A DNA stretch of 64,000 nt, taken from assembly GCA_951406725.2 (NCBI GenBank), contig OX597820.1:95170001-95234000 (forward strand), read 5' to 3'. Positions 1 through 13,621 of this stretch are shown in pieces (position 1 is the first letter of the stretch; each line of letters starts with the position of its first letter). The notes below the pieces were generated by a model, which had not been told where the DNA came from, ran no database searches, and saw only the letters and a list, made by a program, of their open reading frames with translations. Both the position numbers and the translations under genes were made by a program. The DNA is from Octopus vulgaris. Lineage: Eukaryota.

Positions 1-2600
1 TTTGGCTAGATATTTCTCCTGCAGTTGCCTAACTAGGAATATAGCATCAGTTGTGCTACTCATCATCATCATCATCGTTTAACGTCCGTTTTCCATGCTG
101 GCATGGGTTGGACGGTTTGACTGGGGACTGGCAAGCCAGGGAGCTACACTAGGCTCCAATCTGATCTGGCAGTGCTTCTACAGCTAGATGCCCATCCTAA
201 TGTCAACCACTCCGAGAGTGTAGTGAGTGCTTTTTACGTGTTACCTGCACAGGAGCCAGTCAGGTGGCACTGGCATCAGCCATGTTCGGATGGTGCCTTT
301 TATGTGCTACCAACACAGCAGCCAGTTGGGGTGGGGATGCTGGCATTGACCACGTTTGGATGGTGTTTTCTTATGTGCTACTGGCACGGGAGCTAGTCAG
401 GTGGCACAGGCAATGACCCACACATGAATGTGTGAACCCCTTCTTGTACCCAAAATTCATCACTATACTAATTGCCGACCCTTACCTTACTGACCACATC
501 CCTGTACAGCTCTTATCAACTACTTGTCTATCTCTAGTTTCTGCATCGCCCACCAGGTAAGGGATCAGGGGACCCTGTCAAAGGCTTTCTCCAAATCAAC
601 AAAAGCCAAGTATAGGGGTTTATCTTTGGCTAGGTATTTCTCCTGCAGTTGCTTTACCAGAAATATAGCATCTGTAATGCTTCTACCTGGCACAAAACTG
701 AACTGCATCTCATCTAAACAGACTCTCTCCCTAATTAGTTGGGCTATGACCCTCTCCATGACCTTCATCACCTGATCCAGCAGTTTGATACCCCTGTAGT
801 TATTTCTATCTAAAGCATTACCTTTATCTTTTTAGCAGTTGACTATGGTGCTGCTACTCCAGTCATTGGGTTTGACTCCTTCGTGAACTACCTGATTTAC
901 AATATGGGTGACTTGACCATAACCTACACTACCTACTGCCTATCTCAAATCTAAACTGCATCTCATCTAGCCTAATTCTCTTGCTAATTAATTGAACTAT
1001 GACCCTTTCTGGGATTTTCTTCACCTGGTCCAGTAGTTTGATGCCTCTGTAATTATTTCTGTTTAAGACATAACCTTTGCTTTTGTAGCATTTGACTATG
1101 ATGCTGTTACACCAATCATTGGCTATGACTCCCCCATGGCCAACCTGATTAACTATATGGATGAGTAGACTATACCCTACTCTGCCAGATGTTTTAAGCA
1201 TCTCAGTGGAGATTCCTGATGGGGCAGGGGCTTTCCCTGTCTTCATGTCCTTAATTGTTTTATCTATTAAGCTACTGTCAATTAGGATAGCTGGTCCCTC
1301 AGTTGGGACAACATTTGGCAGATTTTCCTTTTCCCATTCATTCTCCACATTTAAGCAGCCTTTCATAATGGCATTTCTAAGCCACTTTCATTGCAGAATC
1401 ATTAAATGCAAGTGCACCATCATCTATGCAGACATATTTCTCTCCTATGTTATCACAATTTTCTCTCACACACTGCCTTGCAATCCAAAACACTTCAAGT
1501 CTCTGTTCTCACATTGCTGAACATAGGCAAACTTCTTCTTCTTTCTGCTTCTTCCCTGGCTAGATATACCTGTCTCCTAGCTTCTCTTCTGGTTATCTGT
1601 TACCCCAGGCATCCAATCCTTCTGAGCCTGTTTCTTTGCTCGAATAGTCTTGTTGAGTATTGTTCCACCACCACATTACCCGAGGTCTGGATGGGACATT
1701 GCACCAGCTGCAGATTTAGTCTGCGGCACTCAGCAAGTTGTCCCACAGGAATTCCCGGTTGCCCTCTATGTCACAAGTCTGTAGTTTCTCGTCCTTCTCA
1801 TCAAATTCCTCAATTAGGTTGTCCCTAAATCTCTGACAATATAAAGGGTCCTTAAGCTTCCAAATCCTTCTTTTCCAGATTCTCTGCTTCTTGGCATCCT
1901 TCTGGCCTGGAATCTTAAGTCATTAATGACTAGTCTATGCTGGGGGTACATTTTTCACCAGGGAAGGTCTTTCTATTTATGAACAACCATGTATCCTACT
2001 CTCTGATGAGAATGTAATCAATCTGGCTAGCATGATTAATTGATTGGTAGGTTATCAGGTGCTAGCTAGCTTCCTGGAGTTGGTGTTGCAGATCAACAGG
2101 TTATTCATATCACAGAACTCCAGTAGTCTTGTCCCCTCTTTGTTTCAGGACCCAATTTAATAGCCCCCATGTACACCATGGATGATACATGCCCATTGAA
2201 ATCCCCAGCCATGCAAATGAGATCATTGTCGTTTGTCTTTGAGGTAGTGTGCAGAGGAATATCATAAAAGCAATTCTTTTGTTCATTTGGTAGACTTACT
2301 TGGTGAGCATAAGCAGAGATAATTGTCGCTATTCTAGTCTGCAAAACTGAGCATATGTATTCTATTGCACACTCTGACTACCTCTATGACCTTATCCATC
2401 TATTTCTGTTGTACATGCACACTGACATTGCACATCCAGCAAAACATACTAGCTTCATTTCTTTCAGGTCTTAGGATGTCCTCGACAAGAAGTATGCCCA
2501 CATTACCTACCCCATCATTGTCACCTTCCCAGATTTTATACCCATGTGTCTTGCCTTTGAAGAAACTGGCTGAAGCACCCCTCCACTTTACCTCTTGAAT
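1..2600 (-). mobile_element. Degenerate RTE-clade LINE (APE endonuclease + RT fragments, partly duplicated)
   Basis: Minus-strand fragments IISAYAHQV..AGDFNGHV (APE), KTGKAPAPSGI..NYRGIKLLDQV and MQFSFVPGRSITDAIFLVKQLQEKYLAKDKPLYLAFVDLEKAFDRVP (RT). Many stops and frameshifts; same family as 11085-13150. Confidence 0.9.
61..420 (-). mobile_element. (GAT)n-tailed short retroposon (RTE 3' end or RTE-dependent SINE)
   Basis: On the minus strand it ends ..CATGGAAAACGGACGTTAAAC(GAT)n and has internal GGCACGTAAAAAGCAC-type repeats. Related copies at 52470-52740(+), 55325-55590(+), 56645-56800(+) and 60330-60630(-). Confidence 0.8.
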
Positions 2601-3165
2601 GCAGCATGCCTATATGATTGATTGATTGATTGATTGATTCTAGTTTCAGCTTATGAGCTGTGGACATGCTGGGGCACCGCCATTTTATAATATATATAAT
2701 ATAATTAAGAGAAATAACCTCTATTAATTAATTCAATTGAAAGTGAAAAATATTATCTATATTAAATCATATATCCTTGTTTGTTGGTATAGAAATGTAA
2801 AATTTCCACAGTTGAATCTCTACATTTTAAGTATCCTTTATACTTTATACTTTTTTTTTTTTTTTTCAGAATGAAGAATTTTAAAATCCAGATGCATCAT
2901 CAATATTTATTGTCTTTATATCAGACTAAAGGAAGAAGTTATACAGAATAGATACTGCAAGAGAATTTTCATGAAGTATTTCCTCCAAATGAGTTTATTA
3001 GCAACCCTTCTTTACTTCACTAACTGGTATTTTTTGACTCTGCATTCTAATTAACTTAGACAAATGTACAAAGGAATTGGCAGCATCATTCCAATATTAG
3101 CAAAGATAACAGTTGATGTATGGAAATATCTAAACACAAAATTATTAATATACTGTGGTGAGTAA

Positions 3166-3939
<774 letters not shown>

Positions 3940-3989
3940 TATCTAAACTGCTAAACTGATTCCATGAACATAAATCTTGAAAGCATCCT

Positions 3990-4620
3990 CTGGTATGCTA
4001 ATCTTGTCTCTTTCAAAAGCAAGGAAACACAAATACTATTCATATCAAGAAATCATTATTGCACCACACTGCATTTAATCATGATTAGCATGCAACTAGA
4101 ACCCTCATAACTGATCTAATTATTGAGTCTAACTATCACTCAGTATCTCTCCTAGCAAGTGCTTATCCTTATAGTTCGGATTGTATACCAATTAGTAACC
4201 CTTCAGTAAGGAGCCAGGAGATACTTTAACATCCCCCTCCATACACACGCACACACACACATCTCCTCTTATTGACACTTTATAAAACTCAGATAAGACC
4301 CAAAATGAAGTATTGTTCCCTTGTTGGGGATGATACTGCTGCTGCATGCACAGACATGCTTCAGCCTCTGGCCCATATGTATGCTGTTATCTTATGCATT
4401 TTCTATTGCTACTATAGTGACGTTTGCACCTCTAAGTTGACTGGATTCATGCTACACTCATTCTGGCATTCCCAACCTTCTTCTCTTTTCATTCGCCTTG
4501 CTGGGTTCAATTCCTTAGCCCCACACTTGTCATTCCTTCCCAGAGTGCTGGTCTAGAATTTGCTTCCTGCTCATGACTTTACTGTGCGTGAGGAACAACA
4601 GCAACATTGATGTCATCTAT
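3990..4620 (+). mobile_element. Degenerate CR1/Jockey-group LINE, RT C-terminal fragment
   Basis: TLYKTQIRPKMKYCSLVG resembles the LYKxxIRPxLEYC motif; IFYCYYSDVCTSKL resembles the 3' end of the element at 27530-30320. Confidence 0.6.
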
Positions 4621-6477
4621 CTCTTTCATCTTGGAGGGCTTGTGCTGGTTATGGGCATTGCTCTTTCTTCCAGCTCCAACAAATAATAAAATAAAGTCTT
4701 CACTCCTTCATGAGACAGTCTAACCAGTGAGGAAAATACAAGAAAGTGTAATGATGAGAGGGAAAAGAGCAAGTGTCTGATGGAAGAAATGGGGTGAGGG
4801 CTTTCTGGAAGAAGGAGTAATGGAAGAATGACAGATCTGATGTTATCCTATACATGCAGATGTCTTGAAGAGAACGAGATGAAGATCAATTAGGATCGAA
4901 TGCTATTCCTCATTTCAGAGACAGTGTGGTGCAGTGAATAATAGAGAGGTTATCAAAAAGAAGGGAAACAAAGTTTTGATAAAGTATTGTATGAAAGCCT
5001 CCAATATTGTAGAAGCAGTTTGGTAAGTACTTTATGTAGCACCTGCAAACAAGTACAATGTGGAGCCTCTTCAAGAAAAAAACCATGATGGCCAGAAGTT
5101 ATAAGCATAAGGAGGACATACAGGAAACATTACTATATTAAAGAGAATAGACCTGTCACATAAGGTACTTACCAAACTGCTTCCCCACCCAACTCAACTA
5201 CAAGTGAGGTGATATATGGTACCTCATGCCAGGGAAAACTGCAGAACTCCTTTGAAAAATCCCTCCAGGTGAGCACTGTTTGGACCAACGTATATAAGTA
5301 CATAACAAGGACTCTTAGTTGTACTAAGTTTTACATAGGGACTACTATGAGCCCTGTGAAACAGGGCATTGCCTTACATAAACATTCTTTTTCCAGCCTG
5401 AGGACTAGTTCTCTACATCACTAACCAGTAGTAATTATAGTTGGTAGTGGGATGTACCTGGCCCTGTAGAAAGGAAGGCATCCTTGCAGTCTATTTATTA
5501 AAGCTAGGTTAGAGATTATATTAACTAGTTGTAACCCTTATTTAATAAACACAATGAGATAGGGTTGTTTTGTGCCCACCAAAAGTCTCAAATCTGTTGA
5601 CACTACTGGGTAGGTTGTAACTAACGAGATAGGCTAGTCTTCAGCTCTCGACATGTTAACAGTGATATCTATGCCTCCTATTTTTGCATCAGCAAAATAA
5701 TGAACTGTGTCTGGGATCCCATGCAAAAAAACCTCTTTTGTTTATTCTTTGCATTTGCATCTCTATCTTCCTATCCATTTGGCCATGATTGTCTCTGGAG
5801 CTTCTTCGCAGATACCAAATAATCCCACCACCATTATCAAGTATTTTGCATATAATATACTGACCATCTAATACACCAAAAGGCCTGGACTCCATGGATT
5901 TCAATACCTGCCATAGCAATTTCAGATACTTGTGATTATATACCCTCTACATCAACACACTTGATGATTCTTAACAGTGGATGGAGTTTAAATGTTTGTT
6001 ACACCTTTGCTGACTTGTGCAATCAACTTGGGAGAACTTACTATTGTACATGCTGATTATTTATATGGCAGTATGACAAGCTTTTAGTTATGCATGTTTG
6101 ATGGCATCAAGAAGTGCTGTTTGGTTATGTGACATGACAGCTTATGTATTTGTATGCATGTACAAGTGTGCACACAGGTGGCTGAAGCCATGTGTATGAG
6201 TATACTTGTATTTGGTTCTGTGTGTGTGTCTTTAAGTATGTGTGCATGTGCAGCAGCCCCTAACTGATGGTGTGCATTTGCCTTTGTTTTGTAACTATTT
6301 TGAATGTACTAACCCCTACCATATCTGCCAAATAGCATTTTCCTCAGCTAAATGCCGTAAATTTGTCAATGGTCATTTTCTTATACTGTCTCCTTGTGAT
6401 GTACGCCACTAACTGTTGTTCCTCATCTGGTTGTGATTTTGCTGTTATAATTATTATTGATTTCTTAGTATTATTAA

Positions 6478-6690
6478 TGTGGCAAACTGGCAGAATTGTT
6501 AGTGCATTGGGCAAAATGTGTAGCAGCTTTTCTTTTGGCTCTTCACATTCCCAGTTCAAATTTGCTATGATTGATTTTACATTCTTCTTTTCAGGTTCAA
6601 TAAAAGAGATTACTAGTTCAGCACCTCAATGTAATTGACTTACCCACTTCCCTAAAATTGCTGGCCTTGTTCCAAAATCTTCAAATAGCG
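6478..6690 (+). mobile_element. Nin-domain-type SINE (degenerate)
   Basis: Same head and GCTGGCCTTGTxCCAAAA tail as the copy at 25372-25587. Confidence 0.6.
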
Positions 6691-7670
6691 TCAGATGTGA
6701 CCACATTTTGGTCGCTGTCTAAGGCATACCCCTTCAGTACACCCACTTGTATACTTCTGTGGTACACCTAGCTCACTTATGGTTGCTGACAACAGGATCG
6801 TTTTTTTCCACAGGTGTCCAGCAGGATTATCTTGGTCTGTTCCTTTCTGTGCTGGTTGTCAATGACGTTAGCCAATCAGTCTGCTCACCCTTCAGTGCCT
6901 TGTATCTGGATGATGCAACCCTTGGTGATGCAGCTAAATCTGTAGTTAGGGACCTTCAACAGGTTATTCCCTACCTAAAGCTTATTGGGCTTGAGATCAA
7001 CCCATCCCAGTCAGAAGTGATTAATGTGAGTGATGATGAAGTTGAATTTTGAGAGGCCTAGCTCAGTATCCAGTCGATCTTGGAGGGAGTTTGGCTGACA
7101 CCAAAGGACACTGTCTACATCCTTATCTCCCCAATCCTCCTCAATGCCTTGCAGACTTCCAGGTTGACCAAGAGATTGTGCTTCATTGACATACACCCAG
7201 TGCTCTTCCTCTTGAAGAATTGCTTTGCTCTGGCTAAGCCCCTTTTCGCACTACACAGTGTGCAAGTCAGTATCTCAGAGGCTGCCCCAGTAATTTTGAT
7301 AACACCATCTAGTGCTGTGCTGAACTGATCTGCAAAGTCTGTTTTGACAATGCTGGCTGGCAACAGGCCAAACTACCTATTAGATTTGGTGGCCTTGGTC
7401 TTTGATCTGCAGTGGACTGGCTCTGCTAGCCTATCTTTCTTTGGTCTCTTCCAGCTGCACCTTCATTGGCAAGATACTCCATGGGATAGCCAAACCTAAT
7501 GTGGCCCAGGAACCAGAGTTGGCTCTAGCCAGATGGTTCACTGATGGGCTTACCATCCCCCAGAATAAAAAAATCCAACCCTCAAGCAGCTAGAGACACC
7601 ACTAGACTAGTACCACCTAGCCTTTCTCTTTTCTGCCTCACAGCCAAATAGTAGTGCATGGTTCAAATCA
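6690..7670 (+). mobile_element. Degenerate CRE-clade (RLE-type) non-LTR retrotransposon, RT and thumb region
   Basis: STGVQQD-LG..LYLDDATLG..GLEINPSQSE (RT motifs), LFLLKNCFALAK, and WQQAKLPIRFGGLGL readable at about 7358-7402. Confidence 0.75.
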
Positions 7671-8329
7671 ATAAATACAGGGGCCTGGTCGGTTTGAGAT
7701 GTCAGATGTTCTAGGACCCCATTGTACCAATTTCCTGTACAAAACAGGGATAATGACAGCTTGTTGGAGAAATAAGCCCTGTGAGGTGGAGTGGCTGTTG
7801 CTGGTCATTTTCTGTGGCAGTGATTACTGTGGGGCATGGTTGAGCACACCATTTGTTATGGGGTATGTGGCCCATAACCCCATCTCCCTCAATCGTCTGG
7901 TGCTTTACCCCCCGCCCCATCTTTTTTCCTTTTCTTTTTATTGTCTCTCTTCATTCTTGTTTCTTTGTATTAAATGTTCTAATAAAATTTAGTATTCTCC
8001 CTTATATTATTGTTATTTTTGTTCTTACTATTGATTTTATATTGTCTGGAGTTTCTTTCTCTTTCTCTTCTGTATCATTTATGTATATGAGTGCATGCAG
8101 GTGTGTGCATGAAGCTAGGTATGGAATTGATAGCCTTCTATCTCCCCCTCTTCACACTCATATTTTCACATTCTTTTCCTCTCACTTTCGTTGATGACCC
8201 ATCCTTCTTGTTGTTGATCATCAATGGTGACAAGAATTGGGCTACGGATACAACCCTGAGACGAAACAGCAGTTGTCACTATAGAAGAGCCCTTCATCTT
8301 CATGACCAAAGAAGCTACAACAGCTGCAG

Positions 8330-8850
8330 CTCTATCATGTGCATGCTTATCATTTTTTTCAACATCTGTGGTATTGTGCATTGAGGATATGTCCCCCTAG
8401 TCCAGACCTTCAATCAAGAGTTCTGCTGGATATTTTGAAACATTTGAGAGAGAACATATGGTGAAAGTGACTGGATCTGTAGGGTGCAAAGAACTGGATT
8501 CTTCACAACAATGTACCCTGTCACTGAGCTTTCTTCAAATGTGAGTCTCCCACCAAAAACAACATGGTATCACTTCTGCACCTGCCCTTTTTGCCAGATA
8601 TAGCACCTGTAAACTTCTATCTCTTCCCCAAGATGAAAATGCAGCTCAAAGATTGCTGTTTTAACACAGTTGTTGAGAGCACTTATGAAAGATGACTTCC
8701 AGGATGGATTCCAAAAGTGGCAGGAATGCTGGGATTGGTGTATTGTTGCACAAGATGACTGTTTCGAAGCAGATGATGTTAAAGCCCAAGTAAATAAGTT
8801 ATTTTTTTATTAAATGTAACTAGTCTGGGAATTTTTTGATACCACTTCTT
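8330..8850 (+). mobile_element. Mariner transposase relic with right TIR
   Basis: Decayed FFNIxGIVH..., HNNVP(C)H and PDIAPxNFYLFPKMK (YSPDLAP-like) motifs. Ends TAGTCTGGGAATTTTTTGATAC, also seen at about 63617-63645. Confidence 0.75.
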
Positions 8851-8889
8851 TGTTGTACTTTTGCTCATAATGTTGAAGCTGGTTGACTA

Positions 8890-9245
8890 TCTCTCTATAT
8901 ATAAACAGCAAAATGTCTGTGTGTGTCCTTTATACAAATCCACAATTTTTCAGCTAGAGGGCTCACACTTTCTATGGTTATTCAAAACCGTCCAAGGGTG
9001 GTTGTGCACATCTTTACATTTCTCCAGTCACCCCACAAAGCCATTAAAAAATCAATAGAGGTGACTTTTTTGTGAATTTTCTATCCCAAACCCAATCAAA
9101 ATGCCCAAAATTGATATGCCAATTGAATGCCAGCTAGCTGTATGTGATTGGTCGGAGATTTGGACAGTATTCGCGTGTATGTGCGCATGCACACAGCTGT
9201 ATATGCACTAGCACTATGACCCCGCGTTACTGGTCATAGTGCTAG
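8890..9245 (+). mobile_element. Non-autonomous Helitron-like element
   Basis: A|TC 5' end (ATCTCTCTATATATAAA); 3' hairpin CTAGCACTATGACC..GGTCATAGTGCTAG ending CTAG|T. Confidence 0.75.
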
Positions 9246-9249
9246 TTGT

Positions 9250-10960
9250 GTTATAAAATAGGGCCAACCAGCTTAAGTAATAACAGCAGTTAGTTTACTG
9301 AATCACATGTACAATAAAATTAAGGAATCACCTAATCTGTTGCTATGGACCAAAGTCTCTTAGTGATATCTTGGTTCAGATCCATCCACCAATAAAGATA
9401 CGGCAAAATTCATGCAATTTGATATTGTGGATTTTTACCCATCAATATCCAAATACTTCTGTGCAACATATTTAGAATTTGCACATCAGTTTATAGCCAT
9501 TTATGAACATCAAATATGCCTCATGCATACATGTAAAAAAAACTATTATTCAGTTGCTGATTTATTTGGACCAAAAAAGCACTTTTTAGCTATTTAACAT
9601 CCCAGTGGTTTTGCGTAACAACATAGATATGTGTGGATTTGATTAGTTTATACGTATTAAACCATCTCAATACAAAAATTCCCAACCACAGCATTGTATA
9701 TACCAGGATAATGCTTTGGCCACATAGTACAATTGTGACAGCCAGCCATGCTACGGATTCTTTTAGAAAATATTTGATTACTACCTATAGTTTCTTAGAG
9801 TTTAGAATTACTATTGACACTAACCTATCTAGAGCTGACTTTTTAGATGTTTCCTAAAGCCTCAAAGCTAATTCCTATAAACACTTTCAAAAGCCCAACA
9901 AAAATCTAAAATATATTTAAAACTCTTGCCACCACCCCTATTTACGAACCTAATTCCTAACATTAGCCATAGAATGACATGATTTTCTTCATCTGGAGAA
10001 TTATTTGTAAAGACAGCTTCTTGTAAGGTTTCGCTTTACTGATAACTGTTCTGCCTCTCAGCCATCTAGATGTTGGAATAGATCTCTCTAAATGTTAGGA
10101 CAAATATAGGTAAAAATTTCTTAATTAGATGAGCATTTTCCTGCAATCTTAGGTATAATAAAATATTTAATAGGCACATAGTTAAAATGACATATTCCTC
10201 TCCCTTTAGCATAAAACCTATATCGACAATGAATCAGTCTTGGGTGCACATGCAGTATATTTTCTGCCATGTATGAGGTACAAGTAATGGTAAATCAAAA
10301 CACCAGCAGAAGAGAAACCAAGCATTATGTAGAATCTGTATAGGATAAATTTAAAACTAGCTACAACAAACATCTTTCTTCTTTTAGGTACCCCAAGAGA
10401 CATACTATGACCCTCTCAGCATTAATCTAGAGACTTAAGGACGTGGGTACAACTACAGCATCAACTAGAAGCATCTTTTTATGGATCAAAAAGATGTTCT
10501 GTATGTTCACTTGAAAAACGATATCTTTCGAAGAACTTCTGAACATCAATGGATTGTATAAACAAGAAAGTTTTCTCAAATACACTCTTTACAGAGTATT
10601 CCCCCTATACCATCATGTTCATAGTCCATTGATCTCATTTGCTTATTCACCACATGGTTCTACAAATGCCTAAACACTGATAATTCTCCTATATTTCAAT
10701 GTCTTGTGTAATTCCAACAATATTCCCACTGTTCTCTTAGTGCTTCCTGTGTCGGTTTGAAATTTTTGCTCTTGTAAGAATCCGCTGTTCAGGGAATTGC
10801 ATCCTCTTGATTGCTCTTTTTTCAAACCACACATTCTCATTTAAATATCCATTAACTCATATTGGAGTTGCTAACTCACCATATTGACATTACTAGCTTG
10901 AGAAATGTTGAAACACATTTAGAAACCCTAGACGGCCGAATTTCACATAGTTTTTGTGCA
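9250..10960 (+). mobile_element. Degenerate Penelope-like element (RT + C-terminal GIY-YIG remnants)
   Basis: FMQFDIVDFYPSISK, DLISLYVLNHL and ITIDTNLSRADFLDVS, followed by decayed FKTSYNKH and CSVCSLEK. The 3' boundary is approximate. Confidence 0.7.
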
Positions 10961-10997
10961 GTTCTTATTATTAATGATATGTTTCTATACATTACAG

Positions 10998-11085
10998 ATT
11001 CTGGCTGTGTGGTAAGAAATTTGCTTCCGAACCATATGGTTCTGGGTTCAGTCCCACTGCATGGCACCTTGGGCAAGTATTTCTC
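10998..11085 (+). mobile_element. tRNA-derived SINE head fused to an inverted RTE fragment
   Basis: GGCTGTGTGGTAAG..GGTTCAGTCCC (A/B-box-like) then GGCACCTTGGGCAAGT, ending abruptly at the RTE sequence. Confidence 0.75.
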
Positions 11086-13160
11086 CCTGGAATGTGGTGG
11101 AAGATGGTCTCTGCACATTTTCAGTGTTTATTGCTCCTGAGCATCTGCCACATACAAAAACTATTTTCCTAGTTAGCCTTCCTTTGACATTGCTGCACCT
11201 CTTATGTGTCCATAGCTTACACTTGGTGCATCTTATAGAGTTTCTACCTATGCCTTTTCTACAGATCGAGCAGGGCCATCTACCTGAAGGCGTTTGTGAT
11301 TTGTCTACCTTCCTACTTATCAGGACTTTGGTTTTAGCTAGGTTGACTCTAAGGCCCTTCGATTCTAATCCTTGCTTCCACACCTGAAACTTCTCCAGTT
11401 CTGATAGTGACTCAGCAATTAGAGCAAGGTCATCAGCATAGAGGAGCTCCCAGGGGCATCCTGTCTTGAATTCCTCCGTTATTGCTTGGAGGACTATGAT
11501 AAATAGGAGGGGGCTGAGGACTGAACCTTGGTGGACCCCAACCTCTACCCGGAATTCTTCACTGTACTTGTTGCCAACCCTCACCTTACTAGCAGCATCC
11601 CTGTACATGGCTCGCACAGCTCTCACTAACCATTCATCTATCCCTAGTTTCCTCATTGACCAACAGATAAGGGATCGGGGGACCCTGTCGAAGACTTTCT
11701 CGATGTCAACAAAACCCAGGTACAGGGGCTTATCTTTGGCTAGGTATTTCTCCTGCAGCTGTCTTACCAGGAATATAGCATCAGTAGTACTTTTCCTTGG
11801 CATGAACCCAAACTGCATTCCATCTAAACTAACTCTCTCTAATTAGTTGGGCTACGACCCTCTCTGTAACCTTCATTACCTGATCCAACAGCTTGATACT
11901 CCTGTAGTTATTTGTATCTAGGGCGTCACCTTTACCTTTGTAGCAGTTGACTATTATGCTGCTACACCAGTCATTGGGAATGACTCCTTCGTGTATCACA
12001 TGGTTAACTATATGGATGACTAGGTTATAGCTGACACTACCAGATATTTTGAGCAGCTCTGCAGTAATTCCTGATGGGCCTGGGGCTTTCCCTGTCTTCA
12101 TGCTTCTAATTGCCTTAACTACCAAGGAACTGTCAACTCGAATAGCTGGTCCCTCTGTTGGGTCGACATTCGGCAGACTCTCTTTATCCCATTCATTTTC
12201 TTTATTCAGCAACCTTTCATAGTGGCGTCTCCAAACCTCTCTCTTTGCATCCTCATTTAGCGCAAGTGAACCATCATCCATGCAAACACATTTCTCTCCT
12301 ACCACATCACGATTCTCTCTCACACACTGTCTTGCAACACGAAATACCTCAAGTCTTTCATCCTCACGGAGCAGAACATTGGCAAATTTTTTCTTATCTG
12401 CTTCCCCTCTGGCTAAATACACCTGCCTCCTAGCTTCCCTTCTGGTAGTCTGATACACTTCCCTGCTACCACCGTTCTTCCAGTCCTTCCAAGCCTGTTT
12501 CTTTTGTTTAATAGCCCTGTCAACAATATTGTTCCACCACCATGTTATTTTGGGTCTTGAGGGGACTTTGCACCAACCACAGATCTGGTCAGTGGCTCTC
12601 AGCAGGCTGTCCCTTAGAAACCTCCAGTTGTCTTCTACCCCATGTGAAGCTATACCCCCTTCCATTTCGTCAAAGGCTTCAAGTAATATGTCTCTAAATC
12701 TCTGTCCATTTGCAGGATCTTTAAGCTTCCAGACCCTTCTTCTCCATGTTGGTCGTCCTCTTAGTTCTGATCCTAAAGTCACTAACTACCAGTCTATGTT
12801 GTGGGGTACATTCTTCGCCTGGGAAGGTTTTGGCATTTATAAGCAGCCATCTTTCCCTTTTTCTGGCAAGGATGTAGTCGATTTGGCTAGTATGTCGGCC
12901 CGATCGGTAGGTGACTAGGTGGCTTGTAGGTTTCCTGAAGTTAGTGTTGCAAACCATAAGACTATTCGCATCGCAGATCTCCAGCAGCCTGGTTCCCCCC
13001 TCGTTGCGGGAACCATAACCATAGCCTCCATGTACGCCATGGAAGCCCCCAGCATGTCGTCCAACATGCCCATTGAAGTCACCAGCCACAAAGAAAAGGT
13101 CCCTGTTGTTTGTCAATGAGGTAGTCTGCAGTAGGGTGTAGTCTGCAGTAGGGTGTCATA
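11085..13160 (-). mobile_element. Relatively young RTE-clade LINE (APE + RT), frameshifted and truncated at both ends
   Basis: ORFs 12721-13116 (AGDFNGHVG..TSQIDYIL..QHRLVV), 11829-12782 and 11048-11818 (QFGF..GVHQGSVLSPLLF..LYADDLAL, then CxxC..CxxC..H..C zinc motif) join into one pol with few frameshifts. Confidence 0.95.
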
Positions 13161-13199
13161 GAATCGGTATGTGATGCTATATCCTCCTCTTTTTCATTA

Positions 13200-13612
13200 A
13201 AAGCTTCAAGTAATATGTCTCTAAATTTCTGTCCATTCAGAGGATTCTTAAGCTTCCAGACCTATCTTTTCCATGCTGGTCGTCTTCTGGGCAGCCGTTT
13301 AGCACTGATCCTGAAGTTGCTAACTACTAATCTATGTTGTGGGGTACATTCTTCACGTGGGAAAGTTTTGGCATTTATAAGCAGCCATCTTTCCCTTTTT
13401 CTGGCAAGGATGTAGTCGATTTGGCTAGTATGTCGGCCCGATTGGTAGGTGACTAGGTGGCTTGTAGGTTTCTTGAAGTTAGTGTTGCAAACCATAAGAC
13501 TATTCGCATTGCAGATCTCCAGCAGCCTGGTTCCCTCCTCGTTGCGGGAACCATAACCATAGCCTCCATGTACGCCATGGAAGTCCCCAGCATGTCGTCC
13601 AACATGCCCAAT
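13200..13612 (-). mobile_element. Second copy of the RTE endonuclease segment
   Basis: Near-identical to 12675-13072; translates VCNTNFKKPTSHLVTYQSGRHTSQIDYILARKRERW. Confidence 0.9.
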
Positions 13613-13621
13613 CTAGTTTCA

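Noticed and set aside
7680-8330. Possible LTR/PBS junction (..CATAACA-AATGGTG on minus strand)
   Set aside because: No second LTR, no convincing tRNA complement and no gag/pol motif.
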